This document shows positions 34,365 through 48,670 of a DNA stretch of 64,000 nt, piece after piece. Position 1 is the stretch's first letter. Each line of letters opens with the position of its first letter. The translations under genes were made by a program, and so were the position numbers. The DNA comes from Octopus sinensis (lineage: Eukaryota), in the NCBI RefSeq assembly GCF_006345805.1, contig NC_043016.1:8928001-8992000 (forward strand), written 5' to 3'. Under the pieces are notes generated by a model, which was given only the letters and a program-made list of their open reading frames with translations, made no database searches and was not told where the DNA came from.

Positions 34365-35180
34365 TCTCTGTGACTTTCATTACCTGATCCAACAATCTGA
34401 CACCTCTGTAATTATTTCTGTCTAATGCATCACCTTTACCTTGTAGCAGTTGACTATGGTACTGCTAGACCAGTCATTGGGTATGACTCCTTCATGTACC
34501 ACCTGGTTAACTATATGGATAACTAGACCATAACCTACGCTGCCAGATATTTTAAGCATCTAAGTGAGGATTCCTGATGGGTCAGTGGCTTTCCCTGTCT
34601 TCATATCCTTAATTGTTTGTCTACCAAAGTACTACCAATTCGGATAGCTAGTCCCTCAGTTGGGTCAACATTTGGCAGATTTTCCTTCTCCCATTAATGC
34701 TCTTCAATTAGCAGCTTTTCATAATGGCATATCTGAGCCTCTTTCTTTGCAGAATCATTAAATGCGAGTGAACCATCATCCATACAGACACATATTCTCT
34801 CCTATAACATCACGATTTTCTCTCACACACTGTCTTGCAATCTGAAACACTTCAAGTCCCTGTTCCTCACATTGCAGAACATTGGCAAACTACTTCTTTT
34901 CTGCTGCTCTCTGGCTAAATATACCTGCCTCCAAACTTTCCTTCTGGTTATCTGATACAATTCCCTGCTACCCCCCCACACTGCCACTCCTCCCAGGCCT
35001 GCTTCTTTAATAAGCATTAAGTGTTATTACTTCAGACATAAATGGGTCACTTTAAATTGAGAGGGTCTTCTTGTACAGAGGAGGTTTTGCGTCCTGGTGT
35101 TGGCGCAGGGGTGGGGCCTTGAATGGAATCACTGCTATAAGGGAAGAGGAAGGCTTTCTGGTATAATATTGGTTGCCAGG
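34365..35180 (-). pseudogene. RTE-clade LINE ORF fragment (tether to start of RT)
   Basis: Paralogous to 37400-37810, with GKATDPSGI, PNDWSSST and NYRG-like segments. Confidence 0.75.
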
Positions 35181-35493
35181 AGACCAAGGGTGCCCACCTG
35201 CAACTACAATGCTATAATTTTTTTTTTTTTTGTTAAAGTATTCTTTTCAACTGCCTACAAACACAGCCAGGCTGAAATAATTGCATTCTTCCAGGAGCAA
35301 ATAAATTCTCAAACTTGAGGGGATTGGATTCTTAGATGGGCCCTCATATATGGATTCTAATGGCGCAGGGGCCCACTTGCCATTGGGCAAGCTGGAAACC
35401 TGGCCAGTCTGCCACTGCATATGCAAAAGTTATTGCTCCAGAAAGACAGCAGTGAAGACAAGACTTAATACAAAGGTATTTAAGCAAATAAAA

Positions 35494-35725
35494 GGTGGCT
35501 AGCTGGCACAAACGTTAGCACGCTGGGTGAAATGCTTAGCAGTATTTGATCTGCCGCTATGTTCTGAATTCAAATTCTGCTGAGGTCGACTTTGCCTTTC
35601 ATCCTTTCGGGGTCGATAAATTAAGTACCAGTTATGCACTGGGGTCGATATAATCGACTTAATCCATTTATCTATCCTTGTTTGTCCTCTCTGTGTTTAG
35701 CCCCTTGTGGGTAGTAAAGAAATAT
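35494..35725 (+). mobile_element. S1 SINE with 16-bp TSD
   Basis: TSD GTATTTAAGCAAATAA at 35476-35491 and 35726-35741. Confidence 0.9.
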
Positions 35726-36729
35726 GTATTTAAGCAAATAATTATTTTCAACTAATAATTGACTTGTTTGTTAATAATGTAAATACTGTGCCTGCCTGCT
35801 AATTTATTCAGTTTCATTTAATTGTCAATATCTGGAGTAGAACGAAAGTGGAGAGCATCCAAAGTTGAAGTAATGTCAGTAATTATAGCATTAACCATTA
35901 ATTTGTATCAATTTGGATAACAGTAACATCATTATTTCGTTGATATAGTGCCAAGAAAATAGCGAGAAATTTTGTTCAGAAGTGTTTAAGGAATGATAAA
36001 TAAGAAGGAAATCATTGATTACTCATGTCATGAAAGATTTGGCAGTTTCTGTTGGAAGTAAAGAATTATTTTATTAGTGTTCATGTAGTAATTCATGGGA
36101 AAATATTCTAGAATAGTGTACCAAGATCTAAGTGGAAGAAGCCTATCTATTATATAAAATCCATTGTGTGTGTGTGTCTTCTAGGATCTCGGGCATCCTC
36201 CATCTGATTGCACTCAAATTCGATATGTAGATACCGATGGTATCAGGGCGTGTATAAGTCTTGACAAAAATTACAAGAATCAATTCCAGGTGAGAATGCG
36301 ATCGATAAAGCTGTGGGAACGTGCATTTGTAAAATCGTTTTTCCTGAAATAGAAGAAAAGTCTATCTTTATTTCTTCTTTTGCTGGTGTCTCAAATTTAG
36401 GTTAAATCAGTGTTTCTCAAAGGGGAGGCCTATGGAACGGTCAGACAAGTTGTTTTGAGAAAATTTGTTTTAAATGTTTGACAACATAGCACTGTCCATT
36501 GGATGGAGGGCATTTTGCTTGTGGATACAGAAAGCCCAAAGATGTAGGAAAAATTTCAGGTTTGATTTCAGGATTTCAAAGCTCTTGAAAAAAAGATGAC
36601 AAAAGCCTGTGACAAGTGGTGAGACAAGTGTATTATATATGTCCAACCCATGCCAAAATGGAAAATGGATGTTAAAGGATGATGATTGGTTTCTATACAG
36701 TTCCTGTCTACCGGTTCTGTCATTAGTTA

Positions 36730-37810
36730 GTTGACTTCCTACCTATGCCTTTTCTACAGATCAAGCAGGGCCATCCCCTGAAGGGATTTGTGATTTGTCT
36801 GCCTTCCTACTTACTAAGAGTTTGGTTTTTGCTAGATTGACTCTAAGGCCCTTTGATTCTAGACCTTGCTTCCACACATGAAACTTCTCTTGTTCTGATA
36901 GTGACTCAGCTCTTAGAGCAAGCTCATCAGCACAGAGAAGCTCCCAGGGGCATCCTGTCTTGAATTCCTCTGTTATTGCCTGGAGGACTGTGATGAATAG
37001 GAGTAGGGGCTGAGGACTGATCCTTGGTGGACCACTACCTGGAATTCTTCACTATACTCATTGCAAACCCTCACCTTACTGACAGCATCCTTGTACATGG
37101 CTTGTACAGCTCTCACTAACCACTCATCTATCCCTAGTTTCTGCATTGACCACCAGATAAGGGATTAGGGGACCCTGTCAAAGGCTTTCTCCATGTCAAT
37201 GAAAGGCAGGTAGAAAGGGTTATCTTTGGCTAGGTATTTCTCCTGCAGCTATCTTAGAGAAATATAGCATCAATGTTGCTTTTCCCCTGCACAGACCCAA
37301 ACTGCATTGTCTAAACTGATTCTCTCCCTAATTGGTTGGGCCATGACCCTCTCCGTGACTTTCATTACCTGATCCAATAACTTGATACCTCTATAATTAT
37401 TCGTATCTAATGCATCACTTACCTTTGTAGCAGCTGACTATGGTGCTGCTACTCCAGTCATTGGGTATGACTCCTTCGTGTATCATCTGATTGACTATAC
37501 AGGTGACTAGACTATAGCCAATACCACCAGATATTTTAAGCATCTCTGTGGTGATTCCTGATGGGCCGGGGGCTTTGCCTGTCTTCTTACTCTTAATTGT
37601 TTTATCTACTAAGGTACTGTCAATTTGGATAGCTGGTCCCTCTGTTGGGTCAACATTCAGCAGACTTTTTCCCATTCATTCTCTTTAGCAACCTTTCATA
37701 GTGGTACCTCCAAGTATCTCTCTTTGCAGCCTCATTAAATGCAGGTGAGCCATCATCCATGTAGACACATTTCTTTCCTATGACATTATGATTCTCTCTC
37801 ACACACTGTC
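36730..37810 (-). pseudogene. RTE-clade LINE reverse transcriptase remnant
   Basis: GKAPGPSGITTEMLK, PNDWSSSTIV, NYRGIKLL, QLQEKYLAK, FIDMEKAFDRVP, HQGSVLSPLLF, ELLCADELAL and GLRVNLAKTK. Confidence 0.9.
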
Positions 37811-38119
37811 TTTATTTCATTAAATTAGCTGTAATGGCCTTACATAGAAAAAAGGAACCTGCAGGCTGGACACAGACATAATGTTATATGAGATGAAAAG
37901 TGAAAATGATGATTAAGGAGGGGAACAAGCAACACCCACCAATTGTTTGTTTCTTGAAACCATTGTTCTCTTGTTTATTGTATGAGATGATAAACCTCTT
38001 ACAATTGTTCATAATTGTTCATTGATACACAAAAATGAGGCACTATGCCTCGTACTTTGTTAAAAACAGAATAAGGTTTCAAACCTTTTATCAATTCACA
38101 ATATTGAGGCTTTTCAACC

Positions 38120-39250
38120 TCTTACCCATATTCCTCCTCAGTATTGCTTGTGACCACATACTCCGCCATTATCCATGCCTTATTCAAGCACACAGTGGGT
38201 GACGTGTCAGCATCACCCGGCCACAAGCGATACTCCTCATTGAGCTTCTTCAGCTTTTGCAACATGGTCAACATTATGACCTCCACAGCTATCTGCGGAG
38301 GCCATTCGGGATCCCGTGTGCAGCTCAGTTGCTCCCTTATGGTGTTTCTCCAACACCTTCTCCACCTCTCCGCCCCTGTGGAAAAAGACAAGTAATTCTT
38401 CCTCCTCAGAGGACGAGGTAGTCACTTCCACCATCAGCGGCACAATTCCCACTGACGGTGACCCTTCCATTGGCATAATCCCCACTGAGGTTCCGGGACA
38501 TTCCAGTACTATGTCACCGACTGCCAGCAATATCTCGTTTCTATTTCTCTTCTTCTTAACTGAGGGAGGATGAGTTTCCTCCGTGACCGGGAGATCTGCC
38601 TCTCCTCCCTCATCCCTAGGATCCTTCAGTGAGCACCCACTGTTGCTCACCTTCTTCCTCCTGTGGCCGTTCTTTGAGGAGTCTTCTGCTTCCTCAGCCG
38701 CCTCCATTCCCTCTTTTACAGAGGTCTCAACCAACTGCTCCAGGACCTTGCTTTGGTCCTGAGGACAGTTTTTCTTTATATGGCCAGGCTCCAGGCACCA
38801 ATGACACCTGGGGAGAGGGGCGACCCTCAAGAATCACCGGGTACCTGCTCCCGGCCATATTTAAAGTCTGAAAAGACTAACTCCGTTACTGATTGGGTCC
38901 ACAGGGTCAAAATAACTTTTGACCCGACCCAATCAGCCACTGGTAATAATTTCACATTGAGGAGCTTGGCTCCGCTGCCACCCAGACCTTGGCGGATAGT
39001 TTCTTCTTCCACTCGGGTTCTATCCCAGGTGGAAACCTGCAGACCCAAGCTCTTATCAACTTCCTCCCACAATACATTGCCATGGCTGAGGGGCTCTTTG
39101 TCATATTTTCAATATATCATTGGTATACCTCATCACACCTTCACAAGACATGTTTTATTATATTTCTTGTTTGTATCTAGGAGTCACAACCTAGATTTAG
39201 CCCGGCACCTTCAGATCATAAGTAGTGAAGGCCCAAAACACTTATGAGTG
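38120..39250 (-). pseudogene. Gag-like ORF1 remnant with CCHC zinc knuckle (probable Tx1/L1-type LINE)
   Basis: ORF 38237-38830 contains PRCHWCLEPGHIKKNCP (CX2CX4HX4C) followed by an acidic low-complexity region; frameshifted upstream. Clade assignment is inferred. Confidence 0.6.
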
Positions 39251-39989
39251 TGTGAGAGAGGTGGAGTGCTTTTATGAAGACCTGCTATTCAGCTCTCTCT
39301 ACAGTTTTCGTCAATCACCACTGTAACATAGAACTTATTTGTGAGATAAAATGGCCATATGGTGACAAGTTCAAATCTTTCTTCAGTCATAGCGTTATGC
39401 TTGTAACCAAAACCTGTAACTCAATTTGCTTAAATTGTGGTTGTTTAGCTCCCAAAATTAGTTCTAATTGATGTTTATGATCAGTTATTCCATCTATGGC
39501 CATCACAGCCTCTAGTGTATCAGAAAAATGCGTTGTCTAATTCTCAGATTGTGTTTCCAAGAATATTGGATTTTTGTGAAAAAATTCTGGAGCACAAGAT
39601 GTCTTAAATATTATTTGTCCTTTACAAAAGATGCTTTATATTTTTATATGAAGAATTTCTAGAATTTTGTTTTTTGTATTTGTTTTTGCGAGATTTCATG
39701 GAATTTTGTTATTTCTAGGGAGAGTCATTGTGCCAATATTATAGTAACACATGCACTGGTTCAATTCCACTCTTTTATTATTAGTCAATTGGTGAAATAT
39801 CCAACTAACTAACCAATTGTTTGTTGCATTTGTTTTTGTCAAAACTCTTTTGTTGCTACTTCCAAACTTTTTAATGACTTTTGATCCAACAAAATTCTAA
39901 CTTAATTATGAAGTTACTTCACTGCAAAAAAAAAACCCCAAAAAACCCTTCAAATTCTTTATTTCAATAATTGAAACATATAGAGTGAT

Positions 39990-40130
39990 TGGTGTTAGGA
40001 AGGGCATCCAGCTGTAGAAACACTGCTAGATCAGACTGGAGCCTGGTGCAGCCCCCTAGCTTCCCAGACCCCGGTCGAACCGTCCAACCCATGCTAGCAT
40101 GGAAAACGGACGTTAAACGATGATGATGAT
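39990..40130 (+). mobile_element. S3 element, 3' half
   Basis: Conserved motif and (GAT)n tail. Confidence 0.85.
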
Positions 40131-40790
40131 GATAGATAAGGTATTTCATCAGAAATATGGTAACAAAAGGTTTCAAGCAGCAAGATGTAGTCCGAAGAAA
40201 ATGTAACTATTTTTAGCAGGTCGAACAACCATTTAAAAAATCCTTCAGATGAGAAATAGCTTGACATAATTAGTCATATTGCTGAGCACTATGTCTTTGG
40301 ATTCATTTGTATGGCAACATCTCAGTGAAAACATCTGTTAATTCCTTTCCATTGTTTTCATTTAACTATTGTTAGATCTAACATCATTGCTCTTATCATA
40401 TATCATTACAAGTAGTAGTAGTAGTTCTGTATTATCACTGAATACTTGGTCTCTGGATTAACCTGTATCAATCGTATTTATAATAATCTGATGTGTTGCT
40501 GTGAATGTAACCATAGTGACATAATGAGAGTGGTCGACTGTCAGCTTGCCTTGTTCATTTAGCTATATTGTTTGAATTTACATCATCATAATCATTTATT
40601 TACATTCATTTTATTCTATGCAACCATCATTTGATCGGGTCTCAGCATTTTATCACTTCTCTTATCCTTGTCATCTAACTTGCACAAAACGGTGGAAACT
40701 AGACATCTTTTTTGCATGCTATATCCTTTTCTTTTATACTTTGAGAGGGGCCTTCTTTCTTTCTTTCTTTTTTATTTTTAGAACCATATA

Positions 40791-41181
40791 GGCGCAGGAG
40801 TGGCTGTGTGGTAAGTAGCTTGCTTACCAACCACATGGTTCCGGGTTCAGTCCCACTGCGTGGCATCTTGGGCAAGTGTCTTCTGTTATAGCCCCGGGCT
40901 GACCAATGCCTTGTGAGTGGATTTGGTAGACGGAAACTGAAAGAAGCCCGTCGTATATATGTATATGTATGTGTGTGTGTGTGTGTCTGTGTTTGTCCCC
41001 CTAGCATTGCTTGACAACTGATGCTGGTGTGTTTACGCCCCCGTCACTTAGTGGTTCAGCAAAAAGAGACCGCTAGAATAAGTACTGAGCTTACAAAGAA
41101 TAAGTCCCGGGGTCGATTTGCTCGGCTAAAGGCGGTGCTCCAGCATGGCCGCAGTCAAATGACTGAAACAAGTAAAAGAGT
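40791..41181 (+). mobile_element. S2 SINE, full length, apparently inserted into an M1 MITE whose right end is at 41278
   Basis: Complete head, CORE-like segment, microsatellite and tail. The right flank is the M1 3' half ending CTAAAGGGTTAA. Confidence 0.9.
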
Positions 41182-42036
41182 AGGTTTTGTGTGAGAGGCT
41201 AGATGTGGCCAGTTTGAATATAAAACATATAGAATATTTGGGCCGAATATGGCCAGTTAAAACACTAAAGGGTTAAATGTGATCTAAATAAAAATCTTCC
41301 CTTAAAAATTCCATGTTAATGTTCCAAACACTAGTTTAATAATTGTTGTTCAGTCGGTATTTCCTTGATGACTTCTGTAAGTGCTTGATTAAAGAATTTG
41401 GCTAGCTGTATTAATTGCTTTCTATTGCTTTCGAGAATGACAATGTTGTTGCTTTCTTTGTTTTTAAAAATGAGAATTTTTGTTCATCACTATTGCAACT
41501 TTCCATTAAAGATTATTATAATGCCGTAGTTATTAATTAGGAAAATGTTTAGATAGAATGTTACAGAATTAAAAGATAAAATTAAAAAGAAACAAAACTT
41601 CAACAGTTAAAACAACCAAATTTATGAGACAAACATCTATTGAATAATTATAAGAATCTAAAGCAGAGATGATGGTATTATTGGTGAAAGATGATGGTGG
41701 TGAAGGTGTTGATAGTTAAGATAATGTTGATGGTGGAGGTGATGTTCTTTATAATTTTATCGGCCACAAACCCCACCCTTCCCCCAAGGAGTTGGGAACC
41801 TTATAAAAGCAAAATATGACATAGTAGGTGTTGGTGACAGGAAAAGTGTCTGGCTGTAAAATCCATGACACAAATTATTATTCCCATCTAACCCATGTTA
41901 GAAAATATGAGTAAACACTGTGTGTGTATATACACACGCACATATATACACGCACACATATACACACACACACACACACATATATACACATATACACACA
42001 CACACACACACATACACACACACACATATACACACG

Positions 42037-42088
<52 letters not shown>

Positions 42089-42101
42089 TATACATACACG
42101 T

Positions 42102-42246
42102 GCAGGAGTGGCTGTGTGGTAAGTAGCTTGTTTTCCAACCACATGGCACCTTGGGCAGGTGCCTTCTATTATAGCCTCGGGCCAACCAAAGCCTTGTGAG
42201 TGGATTTGGTAGACGGAAACTGAAAGAAGCCCGTTGTATGTGTGTG

Positions 42247-42291
<45 letters not shown>

Positions 42292-42505
42292 GTGTGTGTG
42301 TGTTTGTGTGTCTGTGTTTGTCCCCCTAGCATTGCTTGACAACTGATGCTGGTGTGTTTATGTCCTCGTCACTTAGCGGTTCAGCAAAAGAGACCGAAAG
42401 AATAAGTACTGGGCTTACAAAGAATAAGTCCCGTGGTCGATTTGCTTGACTAAAGGCGGTGCTCCAGCATGGCCACAGTCAAATGACTGAAACAAGTAAA
42501 AGAGT
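42102..42505 (+). mobile_element. S2 SINE with small internal deletion
   Basis: Homology to 40791-41181. Confidence 0.9.
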
Positions 42506-43556
42506 ATATCAATATGTATGAAGTATTGTGTGTGTGTGTATACATTGTCTGTGTGTGTGTGTGTGTGTGTTAAGGCTACCATTGGTTTCAAGTTGAGGAA
42601 ATATCTTAATTTTTTCAAGCCAACCTCATGGAGAAATTGATGTTTGTCTCCATGTGAGTGGCTTCAAAAATTAAGATATTTTCTTAACATGAAACCAGTG
42701 GTAGCCTTGGTGCACAAATAATCTTTATCTACCAATGCAATGTTGAGCACTCACACTTTGTTTGACGCATACATATATCTATATCACACACATACACACA
42801 CATATTATGAAATAAGGAGAGATAGATGAGTGTGTATTGATGAGATATAAAGAGCAAGAAAGCCAATAATATCCTATTTAGACTGAAGTATAGTTGCTAT
42901 TTCTTCTAGATAATGACCATGTTGAAGCTTGCTCTCTTGTATCAGTAGAGTAGTTTCTAGTAACAGTACATATGGCTGTTCTGAAGATATTAGCTTGTTT
43001 GAGAGAGCTTGCTGCCATTGTGTGTGTGCTGTTTATCACATTGGTAACAGGGATGAAGGTGTAGTAGAAATGTCTTTGACTCTGGCTATCAAACTAATAT
43101 CTCCAATTCTGTAATAGACTTTAATTAATTTTCCTTATAAGCACTTAAATTTCCTTTTGAATTCTTTAATCTATCACCTCCTCATACTCCTCCATAATTG
43201 AGATTGATTTCTCTGCTTCAATGCAAGACTAGTTGTTAAATCCCATTGTGTGTTTGTGTGTGGGCATGTATGCACATGCACACACATGTTGTTTTAAGTA
43301 TTTATATGGGAATCATATGCAATGTATTTTCATTGTGTGTGTATATATATAGATACATAGATATCTAGTCTTGCTGTTTAGATGCAATCCATTGATAAAT
43401 CACAATTGACTATCAAAGATTCTGTGCTTTAATCAGAGGCTACATTTTCTGCAGTGAGACTAAATATGTGTTTATTAAATATATTGGATATGATTTATAC
43501 ACACATACCATCTTTCTCTCTGTATGTATGTATGTATGTATGTATGTATGTATGTA

Positions 43557-43589
<33 letters not shown>

Positions 43590-43590
<1 letters not shown>

Positions 43591-43765
43591 GATTGTTAGC
43601 CACTACACACACTTTTTTCTCTCCTTGTTTTTTCTATGTCCCTTTCTGTAGAAGAGCATAGGCTCGAAATGTAGAAGACTTTTTCTATTCCTGAGTGTTA
43701 TACTAATACATCTGTTTGTTTTCTACACCACCTGTCTCGTCTTTTGTATTTTTCCATAAACTCTG
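43590..43765 (+). mobile_element. P5 repeat between (TA)n tracts, HHR-like motif at 43642-43677
   Basis: CTTT-CTGTAGA-A-GAGC-ATAG-GCTC-GAAA-TGT-A-GAAG. Confidence 0.7.
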
Positions 43766-43782
43766 TCTGTCTGTCTCTCTTC

Positions 43783-43784
<2 letters not shown>

Positions 43785-43867
<83 letters not shown>

Positions 43868-43869
43868 AT

Positions 43870-43920
<51 letters not shown>
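43785..43920. repeat. (TA)n microsatellite
   Basis: Read directly. Confidence 0.95.
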
Positions 43921-43921
<1 letters not shown>

Positions 43922-44084
43922 ACGGTACATTCTGTTAAGAATGTAGTACAGTATAAAGCTAGTCCCTCTTCAGATTTACCCTGTGCTGTCCTGTAATAGT
44001 ATTATATGTACTTCCAGGTTTGTGTTGGGCAGCATCTGTCATGTGTGAACTCTTTACTCCAATTTTTTCAATATATATTATATT

Positions 44085-44115
<31 letters not shown>

Positions 44116-44418
44116 TATATATTATATATGGTATTACATGATGTAGATAGTGCTGTGTTGTGGGGTAATATTTGTGATGTACATGCATTCAGTCTTAAAA
44201 TGGATGGTTGGAGTTTTTATCATTCAGCTATATGTATGTGCAAACGCACAGATTTTTTTTGTTTTTGAGAATGACAGACAGTTGGCCATGCATACAAGTC
44301 TCTTTCTCCATGCCACCAATATTTCCTGATGGGGGAAAAACTCCTGACTTAGACTGTTATTGCTTAGCAGCACTATTGTTGCACACACTCACACAAACGT
44401 GTGTGTGTGTGTGTATAA

Positions 44419-44449
<31 letters not shown>

Positions 44450-44492
44450 TAAATAAGTGGAGTTAAATGCAGGCGTTATTCAAATTCTTTTA

Positions 44493-44580
44493 CTTCTGAC
44501 ATATGTTTCAAAGACAACATTGGTATTATTATTCGAAAGGAATAAAATGGTGTAAAACAATGTAATCTCATCAGGGAAAG
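44493..44580 (-). ncRNA. Hammerhead-like motif downstream of a PLE endonuclease
   Basis: CTGATGA, long imperfect stem II (GATTACATTG/CAATGTTGTC), GAAAC-ATAT-GTC with palindromic ACATATGT, imperfect stem I. Confidence 0.5.
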
Positions 44581-44869
44581 AAAGTAAGAAACCAATAAGA
44601 CATTTTAACAGAATGTGATGGATGTTTATAATGATGAACGGAGCGCTATTAAGTTTTTTTAAAAAGAAAAACATTAGAAGATATAACGTCAAAGGTAGCC
44701 TATAGAAAGAGTAGGGGTAAAAGGAAAGAAATAAGCAGAAAACTAATAAATGAGAAATATAGAGCAATATGTAAATTAAAATAAAAGCTTAAAGGCTTGG
44801 AAAAACATATCTAGTGGAAGTGAAATGTAAGAAGAAAATCAATGTTCAAATTATATATAATGGTAGATA

Positions 44870-45330
44870 TCGCTTATATGAACTAAAGGTATGTTTCTGA
44901 CAACGTTTACATTGATAAGCACACTCTATAACTGTTTACAGGGGGATTCTTAGAAAATAGAATAGAAAATAGTTCACTATTACAGAGTTGGCAGAATTCT
45001 TTGCCTTTATCATATGGGAATGAAATGGAGAGAATCAACCAATCTGAATTTGTTTATTATGGTCTTTTAGATACCAAATTAATTTACTAATCCCTGTACT
45101 GTTGTGTTTATTTCTTTCCCTAAATGTAGAGTAATGATTAGAAATTATTTTGGATAATTGAGAACTACCTATATAAAAAAAAGACATTGGAACCTGAAGT
45201 AATTTTACACTGGTATATAATGTTTTTAAGGGAAAAAATACATCCATAATGGGCTTCTTTCAGTTTTTGTTTGGCAAATCCAAATTTCCAAATTTGGACC
45301 CGTGTAAAACTATTTTTTCTTAGTGTAATT
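44870..45330 (-). pseudogene. PLE GIY-YIG endonuclease and C-terminal remnant
   Basis: NIIYQCKITSG..FYIGSS..SNHYSTFRERNKHNSTGISKLIWYLKDHNKQ..W.ILS..PY....CQLCNSE, frameshifted. Confidence 0.8.
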
Positions 45331-45841
45331 ATTTTCTTCTCATGTATCAAAACATTATCACCCAATGTGCAATGTTTAACTATATACCATATATATGTAA
45401 TCATTCAATACGTGTAAACATATGTGCTATTTACCTCTATATAATCTTTTAATCAGATTTGACTGTGATTCTATTACATGCAGTAACTGTCATAAATACT
45501 TGAAGCCTATCTGTTTCTTGAAATGACATGCGCCGCACACACACACACACACACACACACATGATGAGGTATATGATTGAATGTATTCAACATGACAATT
45601 AAACCATGTAGGTTTCTACTCTAATGTTAATCACATTACACTCACAGCTTTTGATTTTTTGACAATATTTGCTCCATGCTGGCCCTATTAGCCACATCTA
45701 CTGGTTGCATCTTCCGTGACATGTTGTTGAATACTGAAACGCGTAATAATTGGAATAAAGTAGTCTCAAGTTATGCCCATCATCTTTCTTTCTCTCTCTT
45801 TCACATAGATATGTAGTTTTGTATATATATAATATATTATT

Positions 45842-45885
<44 letters not shown>

Positions 45886-46056
45886 ATTAAATTAAATCAG
45901 AGATAAAACCACTATTAGGCAAATCAAACAGTGAAAAACATAAACCAAAACATAAAAATGAAAATATAATATATAAAATTAAAAATTTAAATTATTTAGA
46001 TCTAAAATTAAAATAATTAATTTATATTTATAAATTTTTATATTTTTTAATAAATT

Positions 46057-46091
<35 letters not shown>

Positions 46092-46269
46092 AACTTAGTT
46101 TTAGATAAACAATACCTAATGTGCACCTTATTCAGTAAAGGCCAGTCATTTGATATTGTTCAGATTATGTTGCCTTTCCAGTCTGTGACCTGAATCCAGC
46201 CATGCTGCAGGATTGATTTCTTTAAATAATTACCTCCACTCCCACCAGTTATAAATATTTCTTTAAGAT

Positions 46270-46539
<270 letters not shown>

Positions 46540-46628
46540 GTAATAATTTGAATTCGCCTTAAATGGTCCTTTGCATACTGAACACTTGGTGAAATTGATT
46601 AATTAATTAATTTTACCCTCAATTGTTG

Positions 46629-46680
<52 letters not shown>

Positions 46681-47252
46681 GTTTACATAATAATACACTT
46701 TCTCTCTCTCTCTCTCTTCATCTTGAAATAAAAAAATAATAAAAATACACTTGATTGATGTTATAGATTATTTTGCTGTGTGTTAGAAGAAAATAAGCTC
46801 TGCTTGTTATACAAAGTAACCACTTAACAGAAGCAGAATAGTTTGTACAGGTAGTAGCCAAGCTGATTGAGTTTGGCTCAGTTCCAAAATTTATCGCTAA
46901 TACTGCTGGCAATTCTTATTGTTTGGTATACCACTACTTTATATAATTGCTTTCTGCGAGTATATTTTTCCTTATCCTGATATTTTCACAGGTGTTAACT
47001 GGAAATTAAATGGAAATTACCTTTAAGGCTGTGTAAATCTCAGTTGGCGTCCAATTCTAACACTTATGTTTAGTGTGAACCTTATTTGCTTCCATTACCG
47101 AAGCAAATAAGGTACAAACTAAATATCTTATAATATTTGTTTGGCGTTTTCTAAATTGTACCGCTTTTGTTCTTCTTTGTATTAAGGACAGTGATTTCCA
47201 GAATTAGTGCAGTAGTGGATTAACTCTTTGATTTCCATATTTCTATTGAAAT

Positions 47253-47718
47253 CATCATCATTGTTCGACCGTGGTCAGGACAATAGAACTTACTATGTTA
47301 TGCCAGACTTCATCGTCCATCATAGCATTACGGAGATCCTGTTGCTGGATGCCTGTATCCCTGGAGATTACATCAGGGTAGGAGAGTGTGCACCCTCTGG
47401 TATCGTGAGCAGATGGCTTCCAGAGGAGAAGAGTAGAAATTACCTCTTTTTCAGCTCTACAACAATGTCCAGGAAACTGGACTCTTCTACCTTTCACAAG
47501 AGATGATACAGGTGGTAACTTCCCATATATTTGTACTTTGGTTGGATGACGCTTTCACAAGATATTTTGAGCTCTCATAACGAGGCGAGTGTAAGTTCCA
47601 TCCAACCGTCTCTCAAGCTTCTTTGATAATGTCCAGGTTTCTGAGCCATGTAGTAGAATTGGTTCGACTGTGGCTTTGAAGATTTTAAGTTTGAAATCTC
47701 TACTTAGATTTGATTACT
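47253..47718 (-). mobile_element. 5'-truncated RTE LINE with TSD, inserted in an M2-like MITE
   Basis: KIFKATVEPILLHGSETWTLS..RRVQFPGHC..LLLWKP..WHNIV and (GAT)n tail. TSD ATATTTCTATTGAAAT at 47237-47252 and 47719-47734. Confidence 0.9.
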
Positions 47719-48670
47719 ATATTTCTATTGAAATATGCCGCCTTTGTTTCCATTAATTTTGAAAATAATGAAGAATTTAGTAGAATAACTTTGTCATTAT
47801 TAAACCTTTTGTTATCATTTCTGTTTTTGTTTCAATAATGAATCTAGTAAAATGTCATTTGGCTGGTATTTGGAGCTTGGGGCTATAGAAGTCACTTGGA
47901 CTAGGACTGAACCTGTGATCATGTGGTTGAGAAGTAACATTTTGCGACACAACCATATTGCTCCTATATCTGAAAAGAAGTGTGTGTGTGTGTGTGTGTG
48001 TGTCCCCAAGCTTGGGACATCAACTGTGAGTTTGCTAAATGATTAAAGGGAGTGATTGTTTTATTTTGTTGGTAGTATTTTTAGTGGCCAACAGCATTTA
48101 CAACCAATTCTGAAGAAACCATCAAACAACTCATGGTTTGTACCATAGGATAAAAGTGTGTGACATGTTGTCGGACACTGAGACCCATCCAACCCAGGCA
48201 GATATGGGTGAATAAAAAAAGCTTAAAGGGACATAACTAAAGATGAGGTACTTGTCTAATCCTTACCAGTTCTACCACCATAATGCTTTTGATATTTTCG
48301 TAAGGTAATTAATACTTGGAATGCCATACTTAATTGTTAATTTTCAAGCTAAGCATAAGTTAAACCATTAAATTATTTTATTTATTAGGGAATAAAAATT
48401 CCGGCATCACAGCGGTTCAAATTATTCTCAATGAGGAAATATATTTGTTATTTAGAGATAATAGTCCACTTCATCCCACCATACAAAAGAATTTTAATTT
48501 AATAATTATTACTCATTTCTCAGCTACAGGTGTTTCTTAACATATATATATTTCCTCGTTGAGAATAATTTGAACCCCTGTGATGCTGGAATTTTTATTC
48601 TCTAATAAATGAAATAAAATAATTTAATGGTTTAACTTTATTGCTTAGCTTGAAAATTAAACAATTATGT

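Noticed and set aside
6257-40152. Other CTGATGA hits (6257+, about 31705+, about 36925-, about 40146-)
   Set aside because: No downstream stem II, GAAA or UH arrangement, so they are not hammerheads.
42880-43100. MAASSLKQANIFRTAICTVTRNYSTD..., resembling a mitochondrial presequence (minus strand)
   Set aside because: Stops after about 46 codons with no convincing donor site; probably chance.
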